From an uncultured cyanobacterium (lineage in GTDB: Bacteria > Cyanobacteriota > Cyanobacteriia > Cyanobacteriales > Cyanobacteriaceae), in the NCBI GenBank assembly GCA_963710605.1, contig CAVQBA010000004.1, forward strand, positions 832,001 to 896,000: a DNA stretch of 64,000 nt, read 5' to 3'. A program made the position numbers and the translations under genes. The notes under the pieces are model-generated. The model worked only from the letters and a program-made list of their open reading frames with translations. It was not told where the DNA came from and did no database searches. Below are positions 31,335 to 41,309 of the stretch, one piece after another. Position 1 is the stretch's first letter. Each line of letters starts with the position of its first letter.

Positions 31335-32528
31335 TTATCTTTTTGTACTAACTGAGCTTAGTAAAGTCGCAATCGGATTAGTAATCCAATTTAAAGCAAC
31401 TGCTAATTGATGCTCAGGTGTAGGTAAACGATATAGATAAACTAAACGTCTAGCAAAATAAGCCAATCCACCGTCTAACTCCATTCCTAATCCGCTAAGG
31501 GTGGCAGTATCTGCACCTAGAGTTAACATTTCTCCTAAAGGTTGATATTTGAAAGTTAACATTGGCTTGTCTTCAATACTTGCCCAGATATTCCAAGCAC
31601 AATAATCAGATTGTTGGAAGGCAACTTGAGCAGTAGAAGCAATCGAATTTCCATCTTTATCCTGAGAGGCAACTAAATCACCTAAAGCAAATACATCAGG
31701 ATTATCTTCTACTTGCAAATGGGGGTTGATTTTGATTTGACCTTTTTCGTTTTTAGGGAATGGGAAAGTATTTTCGATCGTAATAGGTGTTGTGCCTATT
31801 GTCCAAACAACTATATCTGTCGGAATAACATCTACTTGACCTTTATATTTTAAACTAATTTGATTAGCTTCTACTGACTCAACTTCGGTATCTAAATCCA
31901 ACCAAATTTTGTTATCACTTAAAGCTTTTTTCGCTTTTTCTTGGTTAAAAGTCGGCGAATCGAGTAAGATTTCTGTATTTCGATCGATAATTCGCATTCT
32001 CCCTCTTTCACCTAACCTATCAGCAATTTTTAAAGCTAACTCTACACCACTATATCCACCACCAACTACTGCCACTCTGATGATTTCTTGGTCTAAATAT
32101 TCAAGGTTTCTCAGTTTTTCTTTTAATCTATAGGCATGATCTAAAGTACGAAATGGAATAGCATATTCTTTCGCTCCTTCAACTATCTCCACTGGTGTTT
32201 TGCCACCTAAAGCGACGACTAATCGATCGTAACTAACATTATCATGATTTTCTAAAACCACTTCTTGAGTCGTGTTATCAATATCAACAACTTTGTCTTG
32301 AATAAAACGAATCGGGGTATTTGCCAACAAATCGACATAATAAGGGGCAACTTCCCAGCTTTGCATCTCTTCGGTTACTAATTCATACAGTAAAGGAGAA
32401 AAGACAAAACGATCGTTTTGTTCGATTAAAATAATTTCAGGTATAGAATCACTCCAATCTAAGTCTTTAAGTTTTAGGGCTGTATATAACCCACCAAAAC
32501 CACCACCGACAATAACTATTTTTTTCAT
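31335..32528 (-). CDS. ndbB: Type-2 NAD(P)H dehydrogenase, NdbB/NDC1-like
   Basis: GGGFGGLYTAL, FSPLLYEL...WEVAP, GGGYSGVELA and TAQVAFQQSDYCAWN. Confidence 0.8.
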   Translation of the reverse strand: MKKIVIVGGGFGGLYTALKLKDLDWSDSIPEIILIEQNDRFVFSPLLYELVTEEMQSWEVAPYYVDLLANTPIRFIQDKVVDIDNTTQEVVLENHDNVSYDRLVVALGGKTPVEIVEGAKEYAIPFRTLDHAYRLKEKLRNLEYLDQEIIRVAVVGGGYSGVELALKIADRLGERGRMRIIDRNTEILLDSPTFNQEKAKKALSDNKIWLDLDTEVESVEANQISLKYKGQVDVIPTDIVVWTIGTTPITIENTFPFPKNEKGQIKINPHLQVEDNPDVFALGDLVASQDKDGNSIASTAQVAFQQSDYCAWNIWASIEDKPMLTFKYQPLGEMLTLGADTATLSGLGMELDGGLAYFARRLVYLYRLPTPEHQLAVALNWITNPIATLLSSVSTKR

Positions 32529-32666
32529 TTTTACTACTATTTATTTCTATTTTAATTTAATTATTTTGCAAATAAATAGATTTGGGGTAACTATTTTCTT
32601 CTCTTTTAGCTTAAAAACAGATAAATGCACAATACCCTTAGTTAAAGATAATTAATTAATGTTAAA

Positions 32667-33170
32667 TTAAATAGGAGAGATTAATTCATCAGGCTCAAGA
32701 ATAAAGATTGTTTTTTGCTCTTGTGGTTGCTCAACATCTAATTCAGTCATAAAAACATGAGAAGCTATTTTTAAAGTATCAGCATGACGGTAAGAATTAG
32801 GTAATGCACGAATCATTTCTAATTTAACATCATATAGCTCTGGACTATTTTTGATTATAATACCAAAAGTTTCTCCCGCACTATTAGTGACTAACAACAA
32901 ATATCTTTTATCATCAGGGTTAAGGGTTTGAGCGACGTTAAATAATTGTTGATGTAAATCAATTACTGTAATTTCTTTATTACCGATATTAACCAAACCA
33001 TAATGATTTAAACCACTTCCTGTGACTGCAGAATAATTAATTACTTTTTGTACAGTATCGATCGATAAAGCTGCGTTAAGATTACCAATAGCAAATACTA
33101 ATAATTTAATCGTCTTACTCTTACCCTTAACCGCAGATTTAGACAATAAATTGGCATTATTCATAATCAA
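32667..33170 (-). CDS. CheW-like protein, orphan
   Basis: LLVFAIG...VQKVI...ITVIDL CheW pattern; no adjacent che genes. Confidence 0.75.
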   Translation of the reverse strand: MIMNNANLLSKSAVKGKSKTIKLLVFAIGNLNAALSIDTVQKVINYSAVTGSGLNHYGLVNIGNKEITVIDLHQQLFNVAQTLNPDDKRYLLLVTNSAGETFGIIIKNSPELYDVKLEMIRALPNSYRHADTLKIASHVFMTELDVEQPQEQKTIFILEPDELISPI

Positions 33171-33412
33171 ACAACAACTAGAAACTATTTAATCTTAGTT
33201 TAATCCAAAATAGTTAAAATAATCACAATACATATGTACAGAATAAGTTCAAGAAGCTAAAATAAAAGAACAGCAACATAATACTTATAGACTATTAAGC
33301 CATTTATTTAATTCTCGATTGAAAATTTATTTGTAGCGGATAGATTTATCTCAATTTATACAGAGAATGATTTCAAAGTATTCTCCATTCTCCATTCTCC
33401 ATTCTTATACGC

Positions 33413-36400
33413 ATGATTCCCAAAAAAATAATTCTTCAAAATTTTCTTAGTTATCGTCAAGCCGAATTAGATTTTAGCCAATTGCATACCGCTTGTATTT
33501 GTGGTGAAAATGGTGCGGGTAAATCCTCTTTATTAGAAGCGATTAGTTGGGCGGTATGGGGTAAGACTCGTGCTTCTTCCGATGATGATTTAGTTTATTT
33601 AGGGCAAAAAGATATGCGAGTTGATTATGAATTTTTTTATAATCAGCAAATTTATCGTATCATTCGTAGTCGGCGAAAAAAAGGCAGTGGTAGTCTCGAT
33701 TTTCAAATTAAACACAACGATAAATATCAATCAATTTCAGGTAAAGGTATTAAAGATACTGGAGATAAAATTGTTGAATGTCTTAAAATTGATTATCATA
33801 CCTTCATTAATTCTGCTTATTTAAGACAGGGTAGGGCGGATGAATTTATGCAAAATAAACCCGCAGAAAGAAAAAAAATATTAGCCAATTTATTAAAGTT
33901 AGATCAATATGATATCCTCGCTAACGAAGCTAAAGATTTAGCTAAACAATACAAAATTCGTAGTGAAGAAACTCATCGTCATTTAGAAGAACAAAAATCA
34001 CAAATAGAAGCTAAAGAAACGATCGAGTTAGACCTAAAAAATACTAATCAAGAATTAATTTACCATCAAGATAAACTAGAACAAGTTAATAGTCAACTTC
34101 AAAAAATTAAAACTTTAAACAATAATCGTATTTCACTGTTTGAGCGATTAAACTGGCAAAAAAATCAATTACAAAATAGCAATCGAAAAATTAGTCAGCT
34201 TAATCAAGAAAAACAATCATTAGAGCAGGATTTAGCTAAAATAAATTCGACCTTACAGCAACAAGAAACTATTACCAATAATTATCAAAAACTAGAATAT
34301 CTGAGAAAAGAAGATAACGAATTAAATATCAAGTTCAATCTTTACCAAAAACTATTAATAAACAAGCAAAGTTTAGAAAAACAACTAAATCAAACTACTA
34401 ACAAAATAATACTTGAAACAGAAAGACAAAAAGCTAACCTTGATAATTTATTACGAGAAGAAAAAGAATTACAAAAAATAGTTGGTAATAGTCATAACTT
34501 AACCGCCGAATTAGAAACTCTTCAATCTTATCGTCAAAGATTAGCTCAATTAGACGAATTACAATTACAAATCACTCCTTTAAGACAAAAAAAACAAACT
34601 ATTCAAAATGAATTAAAAGCTAAAGCTAGTAAACTAGAAGCAAAATTAGAGCAACTCATTAAACAAGAAAATCAACTTAAAGACAAACTTGCTCAAGTGC
34701 CTGTTATTAGAGATAAATTTTTAAATTTAGAAAAACAATTACAAACCATCACAGATTCTCGTAATTATCAAAAAAGAATTAAAGAAAAAGGCGAAAAACA
34801 AAAAGAATTACAACAACAATACTATACTGATAAAAATAGTTTAATTAAACAAATGAAAGAGCTACAAAAAAAGCTGAAGACATTACATCAAGATCATGCT
34901 ATTTGCCCATTATGTGAAAGAGATTTAGACGAAACACATTTACATCAAGTTATTCAAAAAACCGAAACACAAAAACAACAAATAGAATCAGAATCTTGGT
35001 ATTTAGAAGAACAAATTATTGACGCTCAAAGAAAATTAGATGAATTAAGAACAGAATACGCTCAAATTAACCAAGAATTAGCAATCGAAGATAGTTTAAA
35101 ACAACAACAAGCGAAACTAGAAAATAAGCTTGAGTCCAGTGATGAATTACGTGAAGAATCTGAACAATTAGAAGCAGAAAAACAAGAAATAGAAGAATTA
35201 TTAATTAACCACAAATTTGCTGTACCTCTGACTAAAGAATTAGAGCAAATTATTCAACAAATAAAAGAGCTAAATTATAACGAAGAAGATCATACCTTAT
35301 TACGTAAACAAGAAGCCGATTTACGTAAAGTAGAATATCAGCAACTTAAAATTAAAGATTCCCAAAAAAAACTTGCACAAATATTACAAAGAAAACCTCA
35401 ATTAGAAACTAAAATTGTCGAACTCGAAAAACAATTACAAGAGATAACTAAAACTTCTGATTTACAATTAAAAATTAATGCAGTTGAAAGTGAAATTAAA
35501 GAACTTGATTACGATACTAAAAATCATAACCAAATTCGTCAATTGTTACAAGAATTACGCCCTTACCAAATTCTTTATAGCGATTTACAGCAAGCTCAAA
35601 AACAACATTTACCTCTCACCCAAAAACTTGAGCAAATTACAACTAATCTAAAACAGTATCAAGTTGAGAAAAATAATGGGCAAGAAGAATTAGACAAGAT
35701 TAGCCAACAATTAAATAAACTAACTGACTATAGCGGTGAATTATCAAAATTAGAAACAGAATCTTCTTTTTGTCGTCAAAATCTCAATGACTTATTAACT
35801 AAAAAAGGGCGTTTAGAGCAATCAATTCATAATTTAGAAGATAGAGAAGAAATTCTCAAACAGTTAAGTGCAAAAGTGCAAGACATAGATAAAAACCATC
35901 GTATCTATGATGAATTAACTAAAGCTTTTGGTAAAAATGGAATTCAGTCTTTGATGATTGAAAATATTTTACCTCAACTAGAAATTGAAGCTAATCATAT
36001 TTTGAGCCGTTTAACCGCAAATCAATTACACGTTCAATTTGTGACTCAAAAACCGATGGCAAGTAATACTAAATCTAATACCAAAAAATTTAAAGATACC
36101 TTAGAGATTATTATTGCTGATGCTAATGGTAGTCGATCGTACGAAACTTATTCAGGTGGTGAAGCTTTTCGGATCAATTTTTCGATTCGTCTAGCACTAT
36201 CTCGTATTTTAGCTCAACGATCGGGTACTCCTTTACAATTATTAATCATTGATGAGGGTTTCGGCACTCAAGATTCTCATGGTTGCGAACGTTTAATTGC
36301 GGCTTTAAATGCGATCGCATCTGAATTTGCTTGTATCTTAACTGTTACTCATGTCACCCAATTTAAAGAAGCATTTGATACCCGAATTGAAGTTTATAAA

Positions 36401-36436
36401 ACCGAGAATGGTTCACAAATACGTCTTTCTAGTTAA
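33413..36436 (+). CDS. sbcC: SbcC (Rad50-like) nuclease ATPase subunit
   Basis: GENGAGKS, CPLC zinc hook, coiled coils, YSGGE and IDEGFG. Confidence 0.95.
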   Translation: MIPKKIILQNFLSYRQAELDFSQLHTACICGENGAGKSSLLEAISWAVWGKTRASSDDDLVYLGQKDMRVDYEFFYNQQIYRIIRSRRKKGSGSLDFQIKHNDKYQSISGKGIKDTGDKIVECLKIDYHTFINSAYLRQGRADEFMQNKPAERKKILANLLKLDQYDILANEAKDLAKQYKIRSEETHRHLEEQKSQIEAKETIELDLKNTNQELIYHQDKLEQVNSQLQKIKTLNNNRISLFERLNWQKNQLQNSNRKISQLNQEKQSLEQDLAKINSTLQQQETITNNYQKLEYLRKEDNELNIKFNLYQKLLINKQSLEKQLNQTTNKIILETERQKANLDNLLREEKELQKIVGNSHNLTAELETLQSYRQRLAQLDELQLQITPLRQKKQTIQNELKAKASKLEAKLEQLIKQENQLKDKLAQVPVIRDKFLNLEKQLQTITDSRNYQKRIKEKGEKQKELQQQYYTDKNSLIKQMKELQKKLKTLHQDHAICPLCERDLDETHLHQVIQKTETQKQQIESESWYLEEQIIDAQRKLDELRTEYAQINQELAIEDSLKQQQAKLENKLESSDELREESEQLEAEKQEIEELLINHKFAVPLTKELEQIIQQIKELNYNEEDHTLLRKQEADLRKVEYQQLKIKDSQKKLAQILQRKPQLETKIVELEKQLQEITKTSDLQLKINAVESEIKELDYDTKNHNQIRQLLQELRPYQILYSDLQQAQKQHLPLTQKLEQITTNLKQYQVEKNNGQEELDKISQQLNKLTDYSGELSKLETESSFCRQNLNDLLTKKGRLEQSIHNLEDREEILKQLSAKVQDIDKNHRIYDELTKAFGKNGIQSLMIENILPQLEIEANHILSRLTANQLHVQFVTQKPMASNTKSNTKKFKDTLEIIIADANGSRSYETYSGGEAFRINFSIRLALSRILAQRSGTPLQLLIIDEGFGTQDSHGCERLIAALNAIASEFACILTVTHVTQFKEAFDTRIEVYKTENGSQIRLSS

Positions 36437-36506
36437 AAAACGATCGAACTTCTGTTGCAAACACTCAATTAATTCGTTATAGTATGTAACTGTGTCATTA
36501 TCTTCT

Positions 36507-36593
36507 GGAGAGGTGGCCGAGTGGTTGAAGGCGCAGCACTGGAAATGCTGTTTGCATTTACTTGTAACGAGGGTTCGAATCCCTCCCTCTCCG
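36507..36593 (+). tRNA. tRNA-Ser(GGA)
   Basis: GGAGAGG/CCTCTCC acceptor stem, anticodon GGA, long variable arm and GTTCGAATC T-loop. Confidence 0.95.
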
Positions 36594-36803
36594 TTTCAAT
36601 TTATAACTCTTTACTTGTAACTATTTTTTCTTTCTTCACAATATAGAAAATAATGGTTAACCTGTATTTCAAATAAAATTAGAAAATGAGTGAATTTAGC
36701 TTATAGACAAGAGTGCGTATAACTCTTAAATCTTGATATGTGTTTTAACTTATTACTCATTTTGTTAAGCATTTACGATTAATTGTAAAGTAATATTACA
36801 AAA

Positions 36804-36856
36804 AAGACGCTATTATGGGGTAACGTCTTGACAGTTAAAAATAAAAAAGTTAAATT
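36804..36856 (+). promoter_or_regulatory. Sigma70-type promoter with overlapping inverted repeat
   Basis: TTGACA 36828-36833, 17-nt spacer, TAAATT 36851-36856. The AAGACG...CGTCTT inverted repeat at 36804-36829 overlaps the -35 box. Confidence 0.6.
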
Positions 36857-36877
36857 AGATTCATCGCACTAGGGCAT

Positions 36878-37240
36878 ATGAAAACAAAAGCGAATATGCA
36901 AGAAAAGCAAAAAGTTACTCTTTATCTTCCTCCTATACTGCATCGTCAACTGAAAGTGAAAGCGGCGATCGAAACTGATTCGATGTCGGCACTAGTAGAA
37001 AAAGCAATCTCGTTTTATCTACAACATCCAGAGGCAGTAGAAGAAACTCAAGCCAATTACGGCACAACCCATCAAGTACATGTTTGCCCCGAATGCAATG
37101 CAGCGGCGGTAATCAGAGATGGACAAATGATTTCTTTAAAAAACCAACCTGGAATAGTTGATGAAGAGTTTCCGCTAATGGGCGAATCTCATTCTGTAAA
37201 TCAAGATACAGAAGGTCAAGAAGAATTGATACCTTGCTAA
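36878..37240 (+). CDS. Slr0373-like protein: RHH-like N-terminus plus CxxC
   Basis: KQKVTLYLPP.LHRQLK ribbon-helix-helix pattern and HQVHVCPEC; first gene of a three-gene operon. Confidence 0.8.
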   Translation: MKTKANMQEKQKVTLYLPPILHRQLKVKAAIETDSMSALVEKAISFYLQHPEAVEETQANYGTTHQVHVCPECNAAAVIRDGQMISLKNQPGIVDEEFPLMGESHSVNQDTEGQEELIPC

Positions 37241-37293
37241 ACGGCAATAATCAGCCGTTATAGACTAAAGCTAAAACCAATGAGGTTGATCCC

Positions 37294-38817
37294 ATGAAAG
37301 AAGAATTAAGTACTCTAATTAAAGCTCAATACCCTCTGATTTACTTAGTGACATCAGAAGAAGAAAGAGCAGAAAATGCGATCTCAAGTATTGTACATCA
37401 AAGCGATCGTCAAAACAGTAAACGTATATTCTTATGGACAGTTACTCGTGGTTTGTATGACTTAGCCGATTCTAACGGTCAATCAGTTCAGCGAAATACA
37501 GTTTCACCTGAAGCCGCCATTGATTGGGTTATTAGACACAAAGAAACAGGTATATATATCTTCAAAGACTTACATCCTTATCTAGATTCACCTCCTGTGA
37601 CTAGAAGTTTACGAGATGCGATCGCTAGTTTTAAAGGAACGGATAAAATCATCATTTTGATGTCGCCTTATCAACAAGTTCCCCTAGAATTAGAGAAAGA
37701 CTTAGTCGTTTTAGACTTTCCCTTACCCAAAGCAAATGAACTTGATCAAGTTTTAGAAAAAGCAGTTACAAAATCTAAAACCAAGCATTTACCAGCAGAA
37801 GGAAGAGAAAAGTTACGTCGAGCCGCATTAGGTTTAACGATCGATGAAGCTGAAAAAGTATATCGTAAAGCACTCGTCAAAGCAGGTAAACTAACCGAAG
37901 AAGAAGTTGAAATCGTCTTATCAGAGAAAAAACAACTAATTCGTCGTAACGGAATCCTTGATTTTATGGAAGAAGACGCAACCATTCGTGGAGTAGGAGG
38001 ATTAGAAGAACTGAAAAGATGGTTAACTCAAAGAACTCAAGCATTTAGTGAAAAAGCCAGAACTTATGGCTTACCTCAACCAAAAGGAATGTTAATTTTA
38101 GGTGTTCCCGGATGTGGTAAATCACTAATAGCCAAAACAACAGCCAAGTTATGGGGTTTACCTTTATTAAGGCTGGATATGGGTAGAGTATATGACGGTT
38201 CAACGGTAGGTAAATCTGAAGCTAACCTCCGTAGTGCTTTAAAAACAGCAGAATCAATTTCACCCGCAATTTTGTTTATCGATGAATTAGACAAAGCATT
38301 TGCAGGAGGAGCAGGCTCAGGCGATTCCGATGGTGGAACATCAAGTCGTATCTTTGGTTCATTTTTAACTTGGATGCAGGAAAAAACTTCTCCTGTATTT
38401 GTAATGGCCACAGCTAATCGCATCGAAAAACTACCTAGCGAATTCTTAAGAAAAGGTCGCTTTGATGAAATATTTTTCGTCGATTTACCCAGTAGAGAAG
38501 AAAGAGAAGCTATCTTCCAAATACATTTACAAAAACGTCGTCCTAATGACATCGGTCGTTTCGACATCAAAGAATTATCCAGTATTTCTGACGGATTTTC
38601 CGGGGCAGAGATTGAGCAAGCAATTATCGCCGCTATGTATGAAGCATTCGCTCAAGAGCGAGAATTTACACAGCTAGAGATAATCGCCGCCATCAAATCT
38701 ACATTACCTCTGTCTCGTACCATGATTGAACAGGTCACCGCACTACGAGATTGGGCTCGACAACGAGCTAGACCTGCGTCAGCCTCCATCGCCGAATATC
38801 AACGGATGGAGTTTTAA
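37294..38817 (+). CDS. ycf46: Ycf46-family AAA+ ATPase (Slr0374-like)
   Basis: GVPGCGKS, LFIDELDKAF, ATAN and LRKGRFDEIFFVDLP. Confidence 0.9.
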   Translation: MKEELSTLIKAQYPLIYLVTSEEERAENAISSIVHQSDRQNSKRIFLWTVTRGLYDLADSNGQSVQRNTVSPEAAIDWVIRHKETGIYIFKDLHPYLDSPPVTRSLRDAIASFKGTDKIIILMSPYQQVPLELEKDLVVLDFPLPKANELDQVLEKAVTKSKTKHLPAEGREKLRRAALGLTIDEAEKVYRKALVKAGKLTEEEVEIVLSEKKQLIRRNGILDFMEEDATIRGVGGLEELKRWLTQRTQAFSEKARTYGLPQPKGMLILGVPGCGKSLIAKTTAKLWGLPLLRLDMGRVYDGSTVGKSEANLRSALKTAESISPAILFIDELDKAFAGGAGSGDSDGGTSSRIFGSFLTWMQEKTSPVFVMATANRIEKLPSEFLRKGRFDEIFFVDLPSREEREAIFQIHLQKRRPNDIGRFDIKELSSISDGFSGAEIEQAIIAAMYEAFAQEREFTQLEIIAAIKSTLPLSRTMIEQVTALRDWARQRARPASASIAEYQRMEF

Positions 38818-38948
38818 AAGGCTTTCTCCCTTTCTGTGAGAAAGGTTAACTAAATTTAGTTAACAGTATCACCCAGCACATTACGTGCCTCATTAAATTA
38901 ACTTACATTGTTTGTTGTATTAAATTAATCTTATTGGAGGAAATATCC

Positions 38949-39299
38949 ATGTCTCACTTTAGCACTTTACGCACCAAAATTAGTAACGCTGAAATTTTAA
39001 CAAGCTCTTTAAGCAACTTAGGTATTGAAGTCAAAACCGATGCCGATGTACGTGGTTACAATGGTCAACGTTTACGCGCTGATATAGTAGCTGTATTAGA
39101 AGGAGAATATGATTTAGGTTGGTCTCGTAATGCTGATGGTAGCTTTGACCTAATCGCTGATCTTTGGGGTGTTGCTAAAAAACACAATCAAACAGAATTG
39201 ATTAACTCTATTAACCAAAAATATGCTGTTAGTCAAACATTAAATGACGTTAAGCAACGTGGTTTACAAAATGCCAATGTTAAGTTAGTACTTAAATAA
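38949..39299 (+). CDS. DUF1257 (Ycf35-like, Slr0376-like) protein
   Basis: MSHFSTLRTKI, VRGYNGQ and YDLGW...DLIADLW; GGAGG RBS at 38936-38940. Confidence 0.9.
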   Translation: MSHFSTLRTKISNAEILTSSLSNLGIEVKTDADVRGYNGQRLRADIVAVLEGEYDLGWSRNADGSFDLIADLWGVAKKHNQTELINSINQKYAVSQTLNDVKQRGLQNANVKLVLK

Positions 39300-39331
39300 A
39301 GCTATTTTGCTCACAATGCCTTTACAGATTT

Positions 39332-39366
39332 GGGGTTAATCAACATAATTTGATTAGCCCTTTTTT
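39332..39366 (+). terminator. Intrinsic terminator
   Basis: gggttaatcaa...ttgattagccc stem followed by a T-run. Confidence 0.8.
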
Positions 39367-39456
39367 AATGAAAAAAAAGTTTTTTCTCAAATCTTTATCG
39401 TTGAGCCTAAAAATAGCTATACTAAAAATCGATCAAGCAAAATATTCATTTGTTGA

Positions 39457-40965
39457 ATGGTTCTGAGCTATTGTCTAAATCCAAGCTGTACTAGTCCGCA
39501 AAATCCTGCTCATTTAAAAGTTTGTCAAAATTGTGGAACAACCTTAATCCTCAATAATCGTTACCGCCCCGTTAAAAAAATTGGTAAAGGTGGGTTTGGC
39601 GCAACTTTCTTGAGTATTGATTTATCCTTACCAGGTAATCCTATTTGTGTGATAAAGCAATTACGCCCCTCGGCAAACGATGAAGAAGGGTTTCAAATGG
39701 CTTTGGATTTATTTGAAAGAGAAGCGAAAACTCTTGGTAAATTAGATCATCCTCAAATACCTCGCCTATTAGATTATTTTGAACAGGGAAAACACTTCTA
39801 TTTAGTTCAATCTTGGGTAAGAGGAAAAACTCTACAACAACTTGTTAAGCAAAATGGCGTATTTGATGAGAATCAGATTAGACATTTTATTAAAGAAATA
39901 CTCCTCATACTGAAATACATTCACTCGGTTAAAGTTATTCACAGAGATATTAAACCGGCTAATATAATTTCTCGTGAACAAGATAATAAAATGGTTTTGA
40001 TTGATTTTGGTGCAGTAAAAGATCAAGTCAATACAGAACTTGCTAAAAAATATAGTCGAACAGCACTTACAGAGTTTGCTGTCGGTACGATGGGTTTTGC
40101 TCCACCTGAGCAATTAGCTATGCGTCCTATTTATTCTAGCGATCTTTATGCAGTAGGAGCAACTTGTTTATATTTAATGACGGGTAAATCTCCTCGTGAA
40201 TTTCCTTGCGATGAATTGACAGGTGAATTACTTTGGAAACAAAAATTAAAAATAAGTCCATCCTTAGAAAAAGTAATAGAAAAGTTGTTAGAAGTTGATC
40301 TTCGTTGTCGTTATCAACAAGTTGATGAGGTGGTAAGTGATTTAGAAATAGTACCCTATCAAGAACAATTAGAAGGCGGTTTGTTAAATAGTCCTACTTC
40401 TAGTCAATCACAACCAACTACTGAATCTGATGATGATAGTTTAGATGATAGTTATACTCATATCTCGGCTACAACTCGTCTAGCAATGGCTATTAGAGCC
40501 AGAAAAACTCGTAAAGGAAACAAACAATTAATTAAAGCTATCACCCCTGAATCTTTGTTGATTTCTTATAATGGAGGGAGAAAAGATTTTAGTCAGCAAA
40601 ACCTGATTGATTTCGATTTATCTTTTGCTAGGATACCTAAAATTAGTTTTCGTAGTTGTCAAATGAAAAATATTAGTATTCCTGAAAGCAATTTGCAAGG
40701 TGCTAATTTTTATGGTAGTGATTTGAGTTATGCTAATTTGAACAAAGCTTATCTTAAAGAAGCGTATTTTCTTAAAGCTAATTTGCAATGGGCAGATTTA
40801 CGTCATACTAATTTAAAAAGAGCTAATTTTGAAGGTGCAAATCTTGAGCAAACTAATTTATGCGGTGCTAATTTAACTGGTGCTAAGATTACCAAAAAAC
40901 AATTAGAAGAGGCTCAAACTAATTGGAATACGATTATGCCTGATGGTAAAAGACGTATGTGGTAA
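39457..40965 (+). CDS. spkB: Ser/Thr protein kinase with N-terminal 4-Cys motif and pentapeptide repeats (SpkB-like)
   Basis: YCLNPSC...CQNC, GKGGFG, HRDIKPAN, DFG and C-terminal pentapeptide repeats. Confidence 0.85.
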   Translation: MVLSYCLNPSCTSPQNPAHLKVCQNCGTTLILNNRYRPVKKIGKGGFGATFLSIDLSLPGNPICVIKQLRPSANDEEGFQMALDLFEREAKTLGKLDHPQIPRLLDYFEQGKHFYLVQSWVRGKTLQQLVKQNGVFDENQIRHFIKEILLILKYIHSVKVIHRDIKPANIISREQDNKMVLIDFGAVKDQVNTELAKKYSRTALTEFAVGTMGFAPPEQLAMRPIYSSDLYAVGATCLYLMTGKSPREFPCDELTGELLWKQKLKISPSLEKVIEKLLEVDLRCRYQQVDEVVSDLEIVPYQEQLEGGLLNSPTSSQSQPTTESDDDSLDDSYTHISATTRLAMAIRARKTRKGNKQLIKAITPESLLISYNGGRKDFSQQNLIDFDLSFARIPKISFRSCQMKNISIPESNLQGANFYGSDLSYANLNKAYLKEAYFLKANLQWADLRHTNLKRANFEGANLEQTNLCGANLTGAKITKKQLEEAQTNWNTIMPDGKRRMW

Positions 40966-41167
40966 TTAACAATCGATTAAGATTAGGGATTAGGACGATA
41001 AAAATAAAAAATACAAAATAAAAAGTATTAATTCTCGTCTTGATGAATATTCGGTATCTTGGTTGAGCGATAATTCATCTCAATTCTATTATTATCTATT
41101 CATTACTTGTTGTTTTTTGATTAATGGTTTAGAATAGCATAAGCTGTAAAATAAGTTTATAGTGCAT

Positions 41168-41240
41168 GGGGCTATAACTCAGTTGGTAGAGTGTCACAAT
41201 GGCATTGTGAAAGTCAGCGGTTCGAATCCGCTTAGCTCCA
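41168..41240 (+). tRNA. tRNA-Ala(GGC)
   Basis: GGGGCTA/TAGCTCC acceptor with G3:U70, anticodon GGC and GTTCGAATC. Confidence 0.95.
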
Positions 41241-41309
41241 TTTTTTCTCTCTCAAAAAGAATCTATAGTTATATTGATAATTTATATAGCTGTAGTTCTT
41301 TTTGCTATT

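Noticed and set aside
36557..36621. 12-bp repeat tttacttgtaac in tRNA-Ser and 53 nt downstream, as an att site
   Set aside because: AT-rich, matches the variable arm rather than the 3' end, and no integrase or island follows.
36785..36799. Possible NtcA site upstream of the ycf46 operon
   Set aside because: Spacing is GTA-N9-TAC, not N8.
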